The notes under the pieces are model-generated. The model had not been told where the DNA came from, searched no databases, and worked only from the letters and a program-made list of their open reading frames with translations. 41,106 nucleotides of DNA. It comes from Priapulus caudatus. Lineage: Eukaryota. A program made the translations under genes and the position numbers. Positions 9,892 to 21,382 of this stretch are shown here, piece by piece; within the stretch, counting starts at the first letter, position 1; every line of letters starts with the position of its first letter. The stretch is taken from assembly GCF_000485595.1 (NCBI RefSeq), contig NW_014577061.1:941633-982738 (forward strand). Reading direction: 5' to 3'.

Positions 9892-10033
9892 TTGAAGGGT
9901 GTAAACTGAATAGTGGTGGAGCCTTCTTCAAGCCTAGTCCGTTCACAGAGATCAGTGTAGATGGACAAACTCCTGTGAAAACGGACATTGTTAAAAAGAC
10001 ATGGACACCACCTTGGGATGAAAACATCACAGT
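9892..10033 (+). CDS. WWP1: WWP1/ITCH-like E3 ligase, C2-domain exon
   Basis: Acceptor tgtgacag|, (V)EGCKLNSGGAFFKPSPFTEISVDGQTPVKTDIVKKTWTPPWDENIT(V), donor GTATGA at 10034. Matches the PSPYVEVTVDGQ..KT......P.W...TV pattern of ITCH/WWP C2 domains. Phase 1 in, phase 2 out. Confidence 0.9.
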
Positions 10034-10446
10034 GTATGACTCTTAGCCTCATAAAATCTTATTATTATAGCCTTTTATCATATAAGCTAGGTTTACACGA
10101 TGCTTTAGAAATACAAGGGTTTTAAAAGCCTGCTTTTGAAAACCGAATTTCTTTTTTTGAAATTTAGATTAATATGACGCTTTGAAAAACACATTTAAAA
10201 AGCATTTCTGCTATTTTTTAAGAACAAAAACCAGGAATATTCGAGGGTTGTGTCTATCCACTCTGTTAAAATACATGGGTTCAGGGAATGATTTAGTCAC
10301 TAGGGTGCAGTGTGCTTTTTCACCTCTATGAAAGCGTATTGATATACTCCCCTTTGCATCGATATGGCAATCATAATTACCAGGGGCCCGTTGTCAGAAA
10401 CAAAATTATTCTTAACATTAGTCTTAACATTAACTTCCACTCGTAA

Positions 10447-13400
10447 ACCGTTAAACCTTTACCTAACCTGGAACAGTGTCTAAATAACAATATGGAGGAA
10501 GTTCGTGAGTGGTGTTCTAAAAACAAAATGGTCATCAATCCATCGAAGACCAAAACCATGCTGGTCACTTCCAGACAGAAGCGTTCTACGCTCTCGTCCA
10601 CCGCTGGTATACTTCCATACTGTCAAGAGCGGATAATAACGCTAGAGTGTATCAACGGAAAAACGGGAAAAATAGTGCTATTTCAGCGACAACATTATTC
10701 TACTGTTGCCTGCGAGTCCTAGAATAATCATGGTATTGCATTAAGCAGAATTCTTTGCTCTCTAAAACAAGGACCAAACCGGCTGAGAATTCAATACGAT
10801 ACTACCTAGGCGGAGATAATGCGGGCTCCTAAAACCTGCCCGGTGTAATTTTACTCGGCCACATGCCAAACGGCGCCTCGAATGACACCTTTCTGCCAGC
10901 ATCGCTACAGTGCGCGGCTGTAAGGTTCTGTCGAGTGAGAGTTCGGTTTTTCGCAGCCATATTTTATTGAATGATTTATTCGGGTGCAGGGTGCAGGGTG
11001 GAGGTGACATTCGGAGGGCATCGCCATGCCTTACTCTCCATTTTAATCTTTCCTAGCACGGCCTAGATGACCGCGTCATGATGGATAGCCGGCATTGTAT
11101 TTTTTGAATTAAAAAGTCTCTACAACGCAGCTAGTAAGAGTACCAAATTTGGGCATAGTGAATCAATGAGGTACATTTGAAAACAATAGCATATAGGGGG
11201 GCGCATGAGTAAGCCAACTACGGTCCTCCGCAACAACTGCCTGCGCGGTGTTTTTACAAGTGAAAAACCGTACTGGTACGGTACCGTGTTTGTAACTTCT
11301 GTCTTACAAACATCGATGTTGTTTTTACCGATGGGAAGATGCCCAAACCGAATATTGTGTACTACATTGTGAGAAAGGAAGGGGAAGGACATGCTTCCCT
11401 GTAGCGTTTTAAAGGGCAGCGACTGCCTGGATTATAGCTGTGAGTACGAATGAGAAAATAACTAGCTCTGAGACCTCCAAGTGACGCCACGTTGCATGTC
11501 GATATCATTTTGCCTGAATGAATCGGACTACGTTGAGACTAACCATAGCTCGTATGGTATAGTTTTTATTATTATTAGCCACATTCAGTAATCAGATTGC
11601 CCTAATGTATCTTCTTTTGTATAAGTATATTCAATCAACAGCTAAATGCGAAAAACAAGCTTGGACCAGGCTGCGAGATTAATATCAATACACATTTTCA
11701 ATATATTAGTTATTGTACCATTTCTTATTCTTGGAGGGCAGCATGCCAAATGAGCTAATCTGCAACAAATACTTTACTTATATTAGTACGCTTTGCAATT
11801 GTGCCAGTATGTTTTTTCATGTTGGGTTAACGGCGATTCTAATCTTGAATCTGTATGATCATGTACTCATTAGGGTTAATTATAGCTAGGGGCCTAGTGG
11901 GGTTGCAATAAGAGTACTTAAAGTTGAACTGGACAGTCTACCTATACAGTAGCCCGAGTAGGTATACATGCTGTAATATGGTGCTATATATAATATACAT
12001 ATATATAATATAACTAATTCTCTCTAAATGATATAGTATAATAATATTATATATATATATATATATATAGTATAATATGATATATAGTAATTCTGCGGCT
12101 ATGGCTTTTTATTGTTTTTAGAACTGGCCATCCAACACTTTTGAGGAAGTTGAAATGCACTGCTGTCCTCGCGTTTTCGCGTTGGAACAATCTGTTGCTG
12201 CACCCCAGGTTCTCTGGAGGAGGCGGACGGAAGAAGTGAGCAAACGGCAGAGGGCCCGTAACTCAAAGGCAGCCTCATAGTTGGAGGAGCATGGCATGCG
12301 GCCTGTAATAGCCGTTACTTGGAAATAGGTGCCTGATGCTGAGTTGTGGAAAGTTAACAAGCTAACACACCTCGTGTCTACCCCTGCCCCTCGTAATAGC
12401 TGCAATCTCACTTATCGCCAGGCGAAGTGCAGTATACAGATCATGTTGTATCTATTTGTAAGCGGTAATTTAGCCTGCGGTAATAGGCCGATCCCGTCGT
12501 TAACCGCCAAGCGCGCGGGGCAGGCATTATGGCTATGTACAATTCTAAATCTACAATGCATTGAAAATACCCTCGTTATACATCGCATCTGAGTGTTGGG
12601 TGCGGGTATCGGTTGATCAGTGGGTCTATGGTAACATACACAGCTAGCACATCCACGGCGAGTTCCTACTGTAATTAGCAAAGTCGTAATTTAGCGGTAG
12701 AGATTCCGCCCGCCATCATCACATTAATACTCGGGTCAATTGCAAGACTAGTATTGCGAATATATTGAGTCGATCGCCAATATTTCTAATTAACGTGACA
12801 TTTCTGCCTATGTCCTTATCTACAGCCTCGAATCTCAGCATGGATTGGGCACACTGACTTCTTCGAGAATCTCAGGAACAGACAGTGCGAGATTGGTGGC
12901 AAACCATGGTTTTGTGAGAGGAGAACAGATTGAGAGAGCGCGCGGCGGAATAAATCAAAATACTGCGTAGCGGTTACGCTCAAACCTTAAGATAGTAGAT
13001 GGAGTTGTACATGTGTCTGGTAGCTTTCCCGGACTAACAGAACAAAAACACGGAAAACAAACATGAAACTATATTGTTTAATTTTAATAGAGCAAATTTA
13101 GTTGATAAAACAAAAGAAATTTGTGTTATAATATGATTTTTAGTTGTCATGTGCACTCGGTATTTTGAGTTTTATAATATTAGTCATATATTCATCTATC
13201 TTTGATTGGTGTTTAACTAGCAACTGGGACGGCTCATGTTACTAGTTGGTTCCGATGCGATCCTCAATACCCCGTTTCGAAGTTGGTCAGAGTCAGTCGT
13301 TATCAATCGACAACACCTCATGTCCATATAGTCCTAGAATGGTGCGATGGGTCGGATAACAGAAGTGTTATTAGCTAGTAATAATGGATAATTTAGCAGG

Positions 13401-16400
13401 TAACGTAAATGAATTAGGTGAAAAACATGTCAGTAGAATCTTGTCATCAGAACTACATTAAGATCCATATTAATGATGATTAATTAGTCATTCCAACGAG
13501 CTTCAGTGGCTCCAAGATTTCAAATAAAATATTCTCAGTTTCTACTGTGCATCTTGCCGAAGGTATGTAGTAGTAATAAAAGAATACTGAAGTAGGCTGT
13601 CATATTATAATTAAGTCACAAGAATTGCGGTTCACTATTAATAATAGCACAACTGGAAATTGTACGACCTTACTTACTGATATTTTCACTTTAACTTATT
13701 TATAAGATCAATATATATAAAGTAATTATATATATATAAGGACTACGTATTTTTATATTATATAATTTATCATTTATATGATTATTATATATAGTTTATT
13801 ATATATTAATTAAAGGGAGCATTATATAGTCGCGATTATATTTGGCATGGGAGGGAATGCATCCTTCTCTAGGATTTCGCTTAGTTACTTATTCGTGGGT
13901 TTATACTAGGCGCATGTTTAATTGAGTAGCGTGTAAATGTCAAAGTGACGTCGTTTCAGTATTTAGTGCAGAAGTAACTGTCGGCTGGACTATTCATAAT
14001 AGTAGATCATGATTTTGTACTCAACCCATCATTGAAATTTTTCAAGTAGGGTACAGGTAATAGTGGTCAGATAGACTGTGGATAAGAGGAGAAACAGGGG
14101 AGGGGTATAGTATAGTACTATATCTAGGATTTATACTGCATATCAAGCTGTAAACTTACTGGTATAACAAATCGTCTATACCCAACCACGTACTTGTTAC
14201 GCATACCTAAATTTAATGTTTATAATTAATTATACATCAACAGCTAGCGAAATTTGAAGCGAATCCGACCATTCCGGACCATTAGAGATCTTGAACTGAG
14301 CTGTCCTCGCGGAAATGTCGCATGACAAAAACTCAGGCGCAATAAACCGGGTACTATTTGGTCTGTAGGATGGCTAAAAGTCAGCCTGGGAGAGAGAAAA
14401 TTATTGCAAACCCTTTTTTTACTGTTGGCAAAAAAAAGGCCTAATACAAGGAAACAAAAACAATTTGAAGAGGAAATGACGGCTACGACCCAGGCAACCC
14501 CGCCGCAAAAAAATTGTAATTACATAATATCACTTGAAATAAAGTGAAAGGTGATACAAATAATATATGAAATAAAGTTAAGATTTGTATGAATGCTGAA
14601 GCTGGCCTTAATATTGTCATAGTCATAGTAATACAGGTAATGAGAATTAGCATATGGCCTACTACGCGTATAGTCATTATCTATGTATATCTAGTAATAG
14701 TATTAGTGATATTATCTTACTGCCTGGTAATGAACTAATACTAATACTAATAGCTAGTATGAGACCGAATATGCTAACCGGGCAAGACAACGACGTACAA
14801 GTTTGTAAGACAAGACTGGTAGGCTGTCAATAGGTGCATGTTCGATTTAGTTATTGTAATTAAAGGTATATCTCCAATAACTATCATTGGCCAGAACTTA
14901 TGTATGCAATTTAGCTATTGCTAAATATATAGCTCATTACTTGTTCAAAATACATTTTCAACCGGTTCTGACAAGTCACCACAGATCTCAAAGAATACCT
15001 AATATATTGCTCACAGTAGACTGTACCCGTTCGCTGACCCTTCACTCCGGCAAGTATCCATTATCCGCGGGACAGGGCTGAGTTCAGTGGTAGCGTGTGG
15101 AAGCTCGACCAGGTGTACGCGCTGCGAGCAGTTTCTTTGTTTACCGGGATTTGCTACTAATTCGCCGGTTGTTGTCGGTCCTGATAAGCTGGTTCTTTTG
15201 TTCGGGCCCTCTAGCAGTTCTGTCTTTAGATGCGTTTAGAAGCTCGGTCAGGTTCTTCGTATTTCTTCTTTGGGCAAAATTTGAAACGCAGTGCGTATAA
15301 TCCCGTAAATCACATGGAAACAAAAACAGAGTTAAGTCACGAGCCGGGAATTTTGCTGGAAGAATCTTGGTTGCGTCGGCAAGCGCGCACCTCCTGGTTT
15401 TTTTAGTTCCAAAGTACCCTCATGTATCAGCAGCTCAAGCGGTGACGGAAACGCGATAGGAAGAATGCTTAGCCGCTGTGTCAGGATGTCTGGCAGAAGT
15501 GTATATCGTAGGCGGCGTTTGGCATGTGGAGGGGAGTTTTAGGAGTCCGAATATCTCCGCCGCTAGGAGTATGCGTATTGAAGAGCGGTTTGGTCTTGTT
15601 TTAGAGAGCCAAAGAATTTCTGCTTTTATGCAATACCTAACTGAAAATTTATTCCTTGTACATCGCCTGGCAAAGTTAGAATAATGTAGTCGTGAAAATT
15701 AGCAGTCTTATTTCCGTTTTTCCGTTATTGTACATTTCTAGGTTATTATCCGTCTTGATACTGTCTAGTAGCTCTGCTTCTTCCCACCACGTCGAGTGAG
15801 AAATAAAGTGGTTGAGGTTGTTATTCACGCTGCGATGTTGATAACCTTAATCTCCGACGTTTGAAGAGACACATAATGAACGTAGTGTCCACCAACAGAT
15901 CTGCAAAAATAGCTGGCACTGTTTTGGCGATCAGGAAATTTCTCGTCAATCTGATTTCTGCCTGAAGTTTTATTTTGGCTTTGTTTTACCTGATATGTGA
16001 AAATTTTTTATGGGGTTTTAAATTGGGGTTGTGTGCGGAAATGCCCGCGAAGAGTTTATATTGCCAAAGTTTTTAACCTGCAGAAACGTTTGCGCAGTTA
16101 ATTCTCAACATTCGTAGACCTTCAGACGCCCGAACCTGAAGAAATCTTTTCCAGCCTAGTTTTATGACTGTCTCGCCAGACGTTTTTTATTGACCATCGA
16201 TCTCTTATTAACTTACAACAATTTTACTAAGGCAGGCACCTGCCTATCTTGACGGTCCCACTTATTTTTTATCCCAAAAGTGCCTAGTAGTCATAACTTC
16301 CTAAGTGGGGGCTAGTTAGTCATAATTCAATATCGCATTACTGCCCGGATGGAAGGGTTGGCCTGTAATTATTAGGTGTATGGGGGGGTTTTTTTAATTT

Positions 16401-16850
16401 TAAACATGAATGTGAGCTCCAGACGGAGAATGCGTAATGTGTTGTGGCAGATGAAGGCGCGTTGTGCGATCCGCCCGTGCACTGCGCACTGAACATGCTA
16501 CGAAAATCTTTTTAGTGCGACGGCAGGCCTCTGAATGGAAATAATTTACCATCCTGACGCTTTCGAGATCCCCCACACCAATTATCTTCTTTATTAAAGT
16601 CGCGTACTAAAAGAAAAATCTGCCACTATCAAATAGGAGCCCATTGCTGCTCTACTTAACCCATCCGTACAGTTTTAGTCAAAGTATTTCAACATATTGT
16701 GTAGTTTATTTATATTGTAAAAACCGTTTCTTGTGACTGGGGTGAGCGGGCCATGTGGAGAGAATAGGTGCCGCGGGCGGACAATTTAGTGTGTCTGTAC
16801 CTGTAACATGTTTTAACCGTCGTTAAATAAAGTTTTTACGTACTTACTTA
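10447..16850 (+). mobile_element. 5'-truncated CR1/L2-group LINE; clean RT C-terminal fragment at ~10460-10605, rest noisy and apparently triplicated
   Basis: PNLEQCLNNNMEEVREWCSKNKMVINPSKTKTMLVTSRQKRSTLS is a typical post-catalytic RT segment of CR1/L2 LINEs. Degenerate WNNLP-like coding near 16530. AATAAAG + (TACT)n tail at ~16826-16850. Boundaries approximate. Confidence 0.65.
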
Positions 16851-17265
16851 TTAACATGAAACTTCGTCTGCTTGAAAGTTACGTTAGACACGGAGTGAAA
16901 AAGCCGCAAAGCTCGCCCAAATATAAACTCAAAGTTTTCTTTGAGCGATTAACGCACGGAGCTCCACATGACCCTTTCTCAGTAAAGCTTTGAAATATTA
17001 AGATGAAATAACACATTTAGACTAAGATTCCAATTCATAGGTGCGATATTATATTTTTATATTAATGACGTAATATCAATTTTTTTTCTTGACCAACAGC
17101 CGTCAAAAACATTAATTATTCTACGCGATGTGAAACAAAACAAAACATTTACAAATGGCGTATGGCATTTGTTCTCTTGTTTTAAATACTTTTGCACTGA
17201 CCACGACTCTCGCGTCTCGTGTTACAGTGTGAGAATTTGTCTTGTTGTGCAGAATAAATTCAAGA

Positions 17266-17825
17266 CCGTGTCTATGCACAGTTCTTGAAAAGTCCTTCAA
17301 TTTGAGGGGAGTCATTGAAAAGTACTTGAATTTAGTAAATGTTGATTTTGTGCTTGAAAAGCCCTTGAATTTCATGAAAATGTCCTTGAATTTCATTAAA
17401 ATGTCCTTGAATTTTTAGAAAGAATCCTTGCCTGTAATAAAAAGAAATTTTGTATCATCAATAATGTGCAAACCTCAATAAAAATTGCGTTAAATGAGCT
17501 TAAAAAGCTTTAGACACGATAGACAGTTAAATGATGATCACAAATTACAGTAAAATCAGTCAGTAAATCAAGGTATGTTGTAGAAGTGACAGTGTTTAGA
17601 AGGGTTTATTAATGTGATCCAGGTAAGTTTTAGAGGTGACAGTGATTAAGAATGGGGTTATTATTAAATTAACCCAGGTATGATTTGTTCTGTGTATGAA
17701 TTCCGATAAAATGTCCTTGAATTTCCGATAAAATGTCCTTGAATTTCCGATAAAATGTTCTTGAATTTCCGATAAAATGTCCTTGAAAAGTCCTTGAAAA
17801 AATTTTCAGTCTTGTATGAACCATC
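17266..17825. mobile_element. Non-autonomous DNA transposon with CCTTGAA subterminal repeats
   Basis: Clusters of AAAAGTCCTTGAA/AAATGTCCTTGAATTT at both ends, including about 4 tandem copies of the 22-mer GAATTTCCGATAAAATGTCCTT (17698-17786). Termini are degenerate and no TSD was confirmed. Confidence 0.55.
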
Positions 17826-17972
17826 ATGCACTGTCGTTTTTCATCAAATATTATTTATGTGTGGTTAGCCATCATAATATGCATAAATTACTGTGATGCA
17901 CAATAAATGTGTATGAATTTGAATTTTGTGATCGATTCTCATCCAATCAGCAGACTTTGCGACATTATCAGC

Positions 17973-18025
17973 AAACTTACAATAACAGAAACTTCATAAT
18001 TTGAAGTTTCTGTTATTGTAAGTTT
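17973..18025. repeat. Perfect 24-bp inverted repeat with 5-nt loop
   Basis: AAACTTACAATAACAGAAACTTCA-TAATT-TGAAGTTTCTGTTATTGTAAGTTT. Confidence 0.95.
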
Positions 18026-18644
18026 TCTAATAGCTGCGATGTGTTTCTGTCAATGCTCCTCTCGTAACATTAACATTAGTCGTAAGTGTTTTCTTAGCAT
18101 TAACATTAGCATTAACTTTACGATGTTTCTGACAACGGCCCCCAGGCTTAGATAACCCGCTTTCTACCTCACCATCCAAAGGTAATTTATCTAATTACTC
18201 ACATATTAAGAACAGGGTTTTGTAAAGTGTTTACGGATGGTTCGGGTTATTATATGTTGTGTAGATGTAGCTACTAGCATCACTTGCTACGTTGTTTTAT
18301 ATATTTCAGCCTGAAGGTTGTTCCAAAATACATTTGTGCATAGTTTTTAGAAATCACACTGATTTGATAGTGGAGAGGAAATACTTCCTATGGCATTATC
18401 TTTTATCTGATATCTGTGTGCGTACTGATTGCTCTATATATTTGACTGATCGACCTATTTGAGGAAGTGTAACCCTCTCTTCTTGTTGCTTAGCATAAAA
18501 AACATTAGACATGTTCTTGCACTCAATCAGCAATTTCTTGCTCAAAAACGTAAGACCAACACTGTGTATGTGAAGAAAAACAAAATTATTGAAATTTTGT
18601 CAGGAACCGCAATTGTAATCTCACTGGGATGTTGTTTATTGCAG

Positions 18645-18769
18645 TCTTGTCACACCATACTCGAACATAGACTTCAAGGTTCTTGACTACAAACAGTTGC
18701 GAGCCAACATTCTTCTGGGCCACACCAGCCTAGCACTGCATAAGATTCTGCAGGAACACAATGGTGTCG
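18645..18769 (+). CDS. WWP1: WWP1/ITCH-like E3 ligase, second C2-domain exon
   Basis: Acceptor gtttattgcag|, (V)LVTPYSNIDFKVLDYKQLRANILLGHTSLALHKILQEHNGV+G, donor GTAAGT at 18770. Phase 2 in matches the previous exon. VTP.S...F.V.....L....LLG......L..HN is the ITCH/WWP/Su(dx) C2 pattern. This frame is absent from the ORF track. Confidence 0.9.
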
Positions 18770-21330
18770 GTAAGTAGTTCTGGAGGGTGGTAGTATTTCT
18801 AACGGCCGCTAAGAAGTTTTTTGCAAATGTTTCTGTGTGTTAACAGTTGCTGTTCTGTCCTGCAATGCGGCAAGCATTCTGTTGGTCCATAGAGAAGTGG
18901 CAGTAGAGTGTGCTCTAAAATTGTGTTCTAGGAGCATGTGCAAACACAGTGTCCTGGAAGTCCACAAGTCAATGGAAAATTGTTTGTGGTTGCTGGAAGT
19001 GAAATGGCAATCTTATTCTTAAAGTTTTTCCTATTTATAACGCCTCTATAGTAGCTCCTCTCACTCCAAAAATGGTGATTGTCACGGAGGCGTACATCCG
19101 TATTGCTGCAGGTACATGTCCTTGTCTCACTGAAACCACAGACATCTGGAAACCTACAAATGCTATATATATATATATTGTCCAAATAACCACTTTTATA
19201 AACTGTTATTAATGGTAGCAAATTTTTGGGGATTTGCGCTTATGTTTTGTGATGATTTTCATGTTCTTTGTGCATTCAGGGGTACATATTATTGTACAAG
19301 TTGTGTATTGTGCATTTGTTGTTTTACACGGAGGTGCACAATTGATATATGCCTGCAAACACATCAAAAATACGCTTGCAAAACACTAGCTTTTATGTAA
19401 TATAGTATTCATATTCATAATGTGTATAATTCATTATAGGGATTTAGCTTAATAGCTGTGCAGTTAGTACAGATTATAGACATTATGATTAAGCTGACAT
19501 AATTAAAGTAGAGTGACTATTCTATCATTACAGTTACAATAACAAATTGCCTTTGGTGTTACGTTATTTCACCACTTGTCATGTCAACAAATTCCTTGAC
19601 AGGTGAGTTGACAGGTGACAGGCAGTTCAGTTATTATAATTTTACAACAACATGTTATTAACTGGTTTTTAATGCCAAGGTAATGACTGAACTTGCATCT
19701 GACTGCTCTGTTATTTGAAAGTGGTTTGCATTCAGTAATACCAAGTATTCTGAACCAGTACCTTAGAGGGAGCCACTTTCATAAGCAGCACGCAGTAATG
19801 TCGAAGCACAATGAGTTCGGCTGTCCTTCTACACGTCGCGGGTGTGGCTGGTATGCGAGTGGAAATCCGCGGAAGAATGTACGTGGCTGGGTTCGCGGAG
19901 GTGGCGGCTCGCAAACTTGATGTGGTACTTACTCGGCTGGTATTTATTTGGTGAAGTGGCAGCACCTGTCACGTTAGGGGAGTTAGCATGTCTGATCCAT
20001 ATAACTGCACGGCTTGTACACCCCCACATCTGGGATCTAATTGCGGTCTTTCGTTTCTATTTGCGGTTCTGGTTTGTTGGAAAGGATTATTGGCTGCCCC
20101 CTTTAGCCTTTGGTCTGATATTGGCGAGCGAAAGTATGCATTCATGTCCTTTTTGTCAAGCAGTTTTGTCCAAAATGGATTTTGATTGCCAGAAATGCAA
20201 CAAATACAGCTACATTTTGCATTTCTGTTGTTTATAGTTTATAAACTAAAGCTTATTATTATTATCACTGGAAAATGACTGAGTGACCAACTCCATGTGT
20301 AGTGAATTTTAAAACAAAGTGTTTAATTTGCCGTATCACCGAATAATTGCTCGCACTAGGAGCTTGCTCTCTGAACATTGTCACAGCACATGGTGGGCGA
20401 AAAATAATTCACCTTGGAAACACGATCTATGCTTGTTTGCACGGTGTGAATTTCATCGCGTAGTCCGAAGTACGTGCGCCATAATTTGCAAGGTGTGTTT
20501 GTCGGTCGGCAAAGTGGCAATCACTGTGAGGAAATTGCTAGGGCTGACATGCATTGTTGGCATTAATAGAATAGCGGCGTCATCTAATCAGCAGGACATA
20601 ACATCTATGGTCAGACCCAGGGTCACCGCAGACATACCACACCTGCTACTGTCTATCTGCAGCTTCACTGGGTCACAGCGTTGTTTGGGGGGTGGCGGCG
20701 TTGTTTTCTACGCGGCCTGTGATCAGCTGGCTTCCGAGACTGGGTGTGAGTGGAGAAGTCACGCCAGTAGTAGCGTCTTCTTATGATAAAACACGTGTCC
20801 TATCGGCATGTACTCGGTCATATTAGCCAGGAAACGAGCGTCTGTTGTTGACAGGCCAGCGGACACGCGGCGCGAAACGAAGCAGAGATCTGTCGACGTG
20901 CAGGCTGACACCTGCTTGGAGGTTCCGGCGTACAGTCACACGCGAAGATGATAATTACCAGCAGGCAGGACAATGAAGTAGCTCATTGATTTCTCGCAGA
21001 CCGTATCAGGGCACCCGAGAGAGAGAGAGAGAGAGAGAAGGAGAAGGGGGCGGGGGCGTATGATGCAGCAATATAGACAGCAACAGACAGAGATAGATAG
21101 AAGGATGGATTGATAGATGGACGGGCGGGTGGGCGAATGGACGGAGGGATAGACAGATAGATAAGGTAATAAACAAAGACGTAGGGTTAACAGGGGAGAG
21201 CCGGAGATGGGGGAAGTGATGGAGGGAACTCGGGGAAGGGCTGGTGAAAAGAAAAAGGGAGGAAGTGGGTGAGGATGAGAGAGTGAAAGCATAGAAGTAA
21301 ATGTTGTAAATCGACCATAGTACTATTTTA

Positions 21331-21382
21331 ACCTTTCAAAAGTTCTAAATTTCAAAAGTTCTAACCTTTCAAAAGTTCTAAA
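21331..21382. repeat. Short tandem repeat, 3 x TTTCAAAAGTTCTAA core
   Basis: Directly visible. Confidence 0.85.

Larger units (their letters stand above)
10384..18142. mobile_element. Harbinger-type element with CWG target duplication, inflated by nested insertions and probable assembly artefact
   Basis: 18-bp TIRs GGGCCCGTTGTCAGAAAC and GTTTCTGACAACGGCCCC (1 mismatch). CAG TSD at 10381-10383 and 18143-18145, restoring a CCAGG site. TTAACATTAG subterminal repeats at both ends. Confidence 0.72.

Noticed and set aside
9816..10046. ORF-track 76-aa protein as a standalone gene
   Set aside because: Only 9892-10033 is exon; the hydrophobic N-terminus is the translated polypyrimidine tract.
10615..15765. 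5-kb long-TIR transposon (Mutator/Polinton/foldback type)
   Set aside because: The inverted arms are LINE-derived, differ mainly by indels, have no TSD, and a third forward copy exists. An assembly artefact explains this better.
19842..20237. 131-aa ORF with CxxC…CxxC and a GEL motif as the next ligase exon or a new gene
   Set aside because: GTG start, no suitable phase-1 acceptor identified, and no match to the expected GELxxxLDGL context or any family I recognise.
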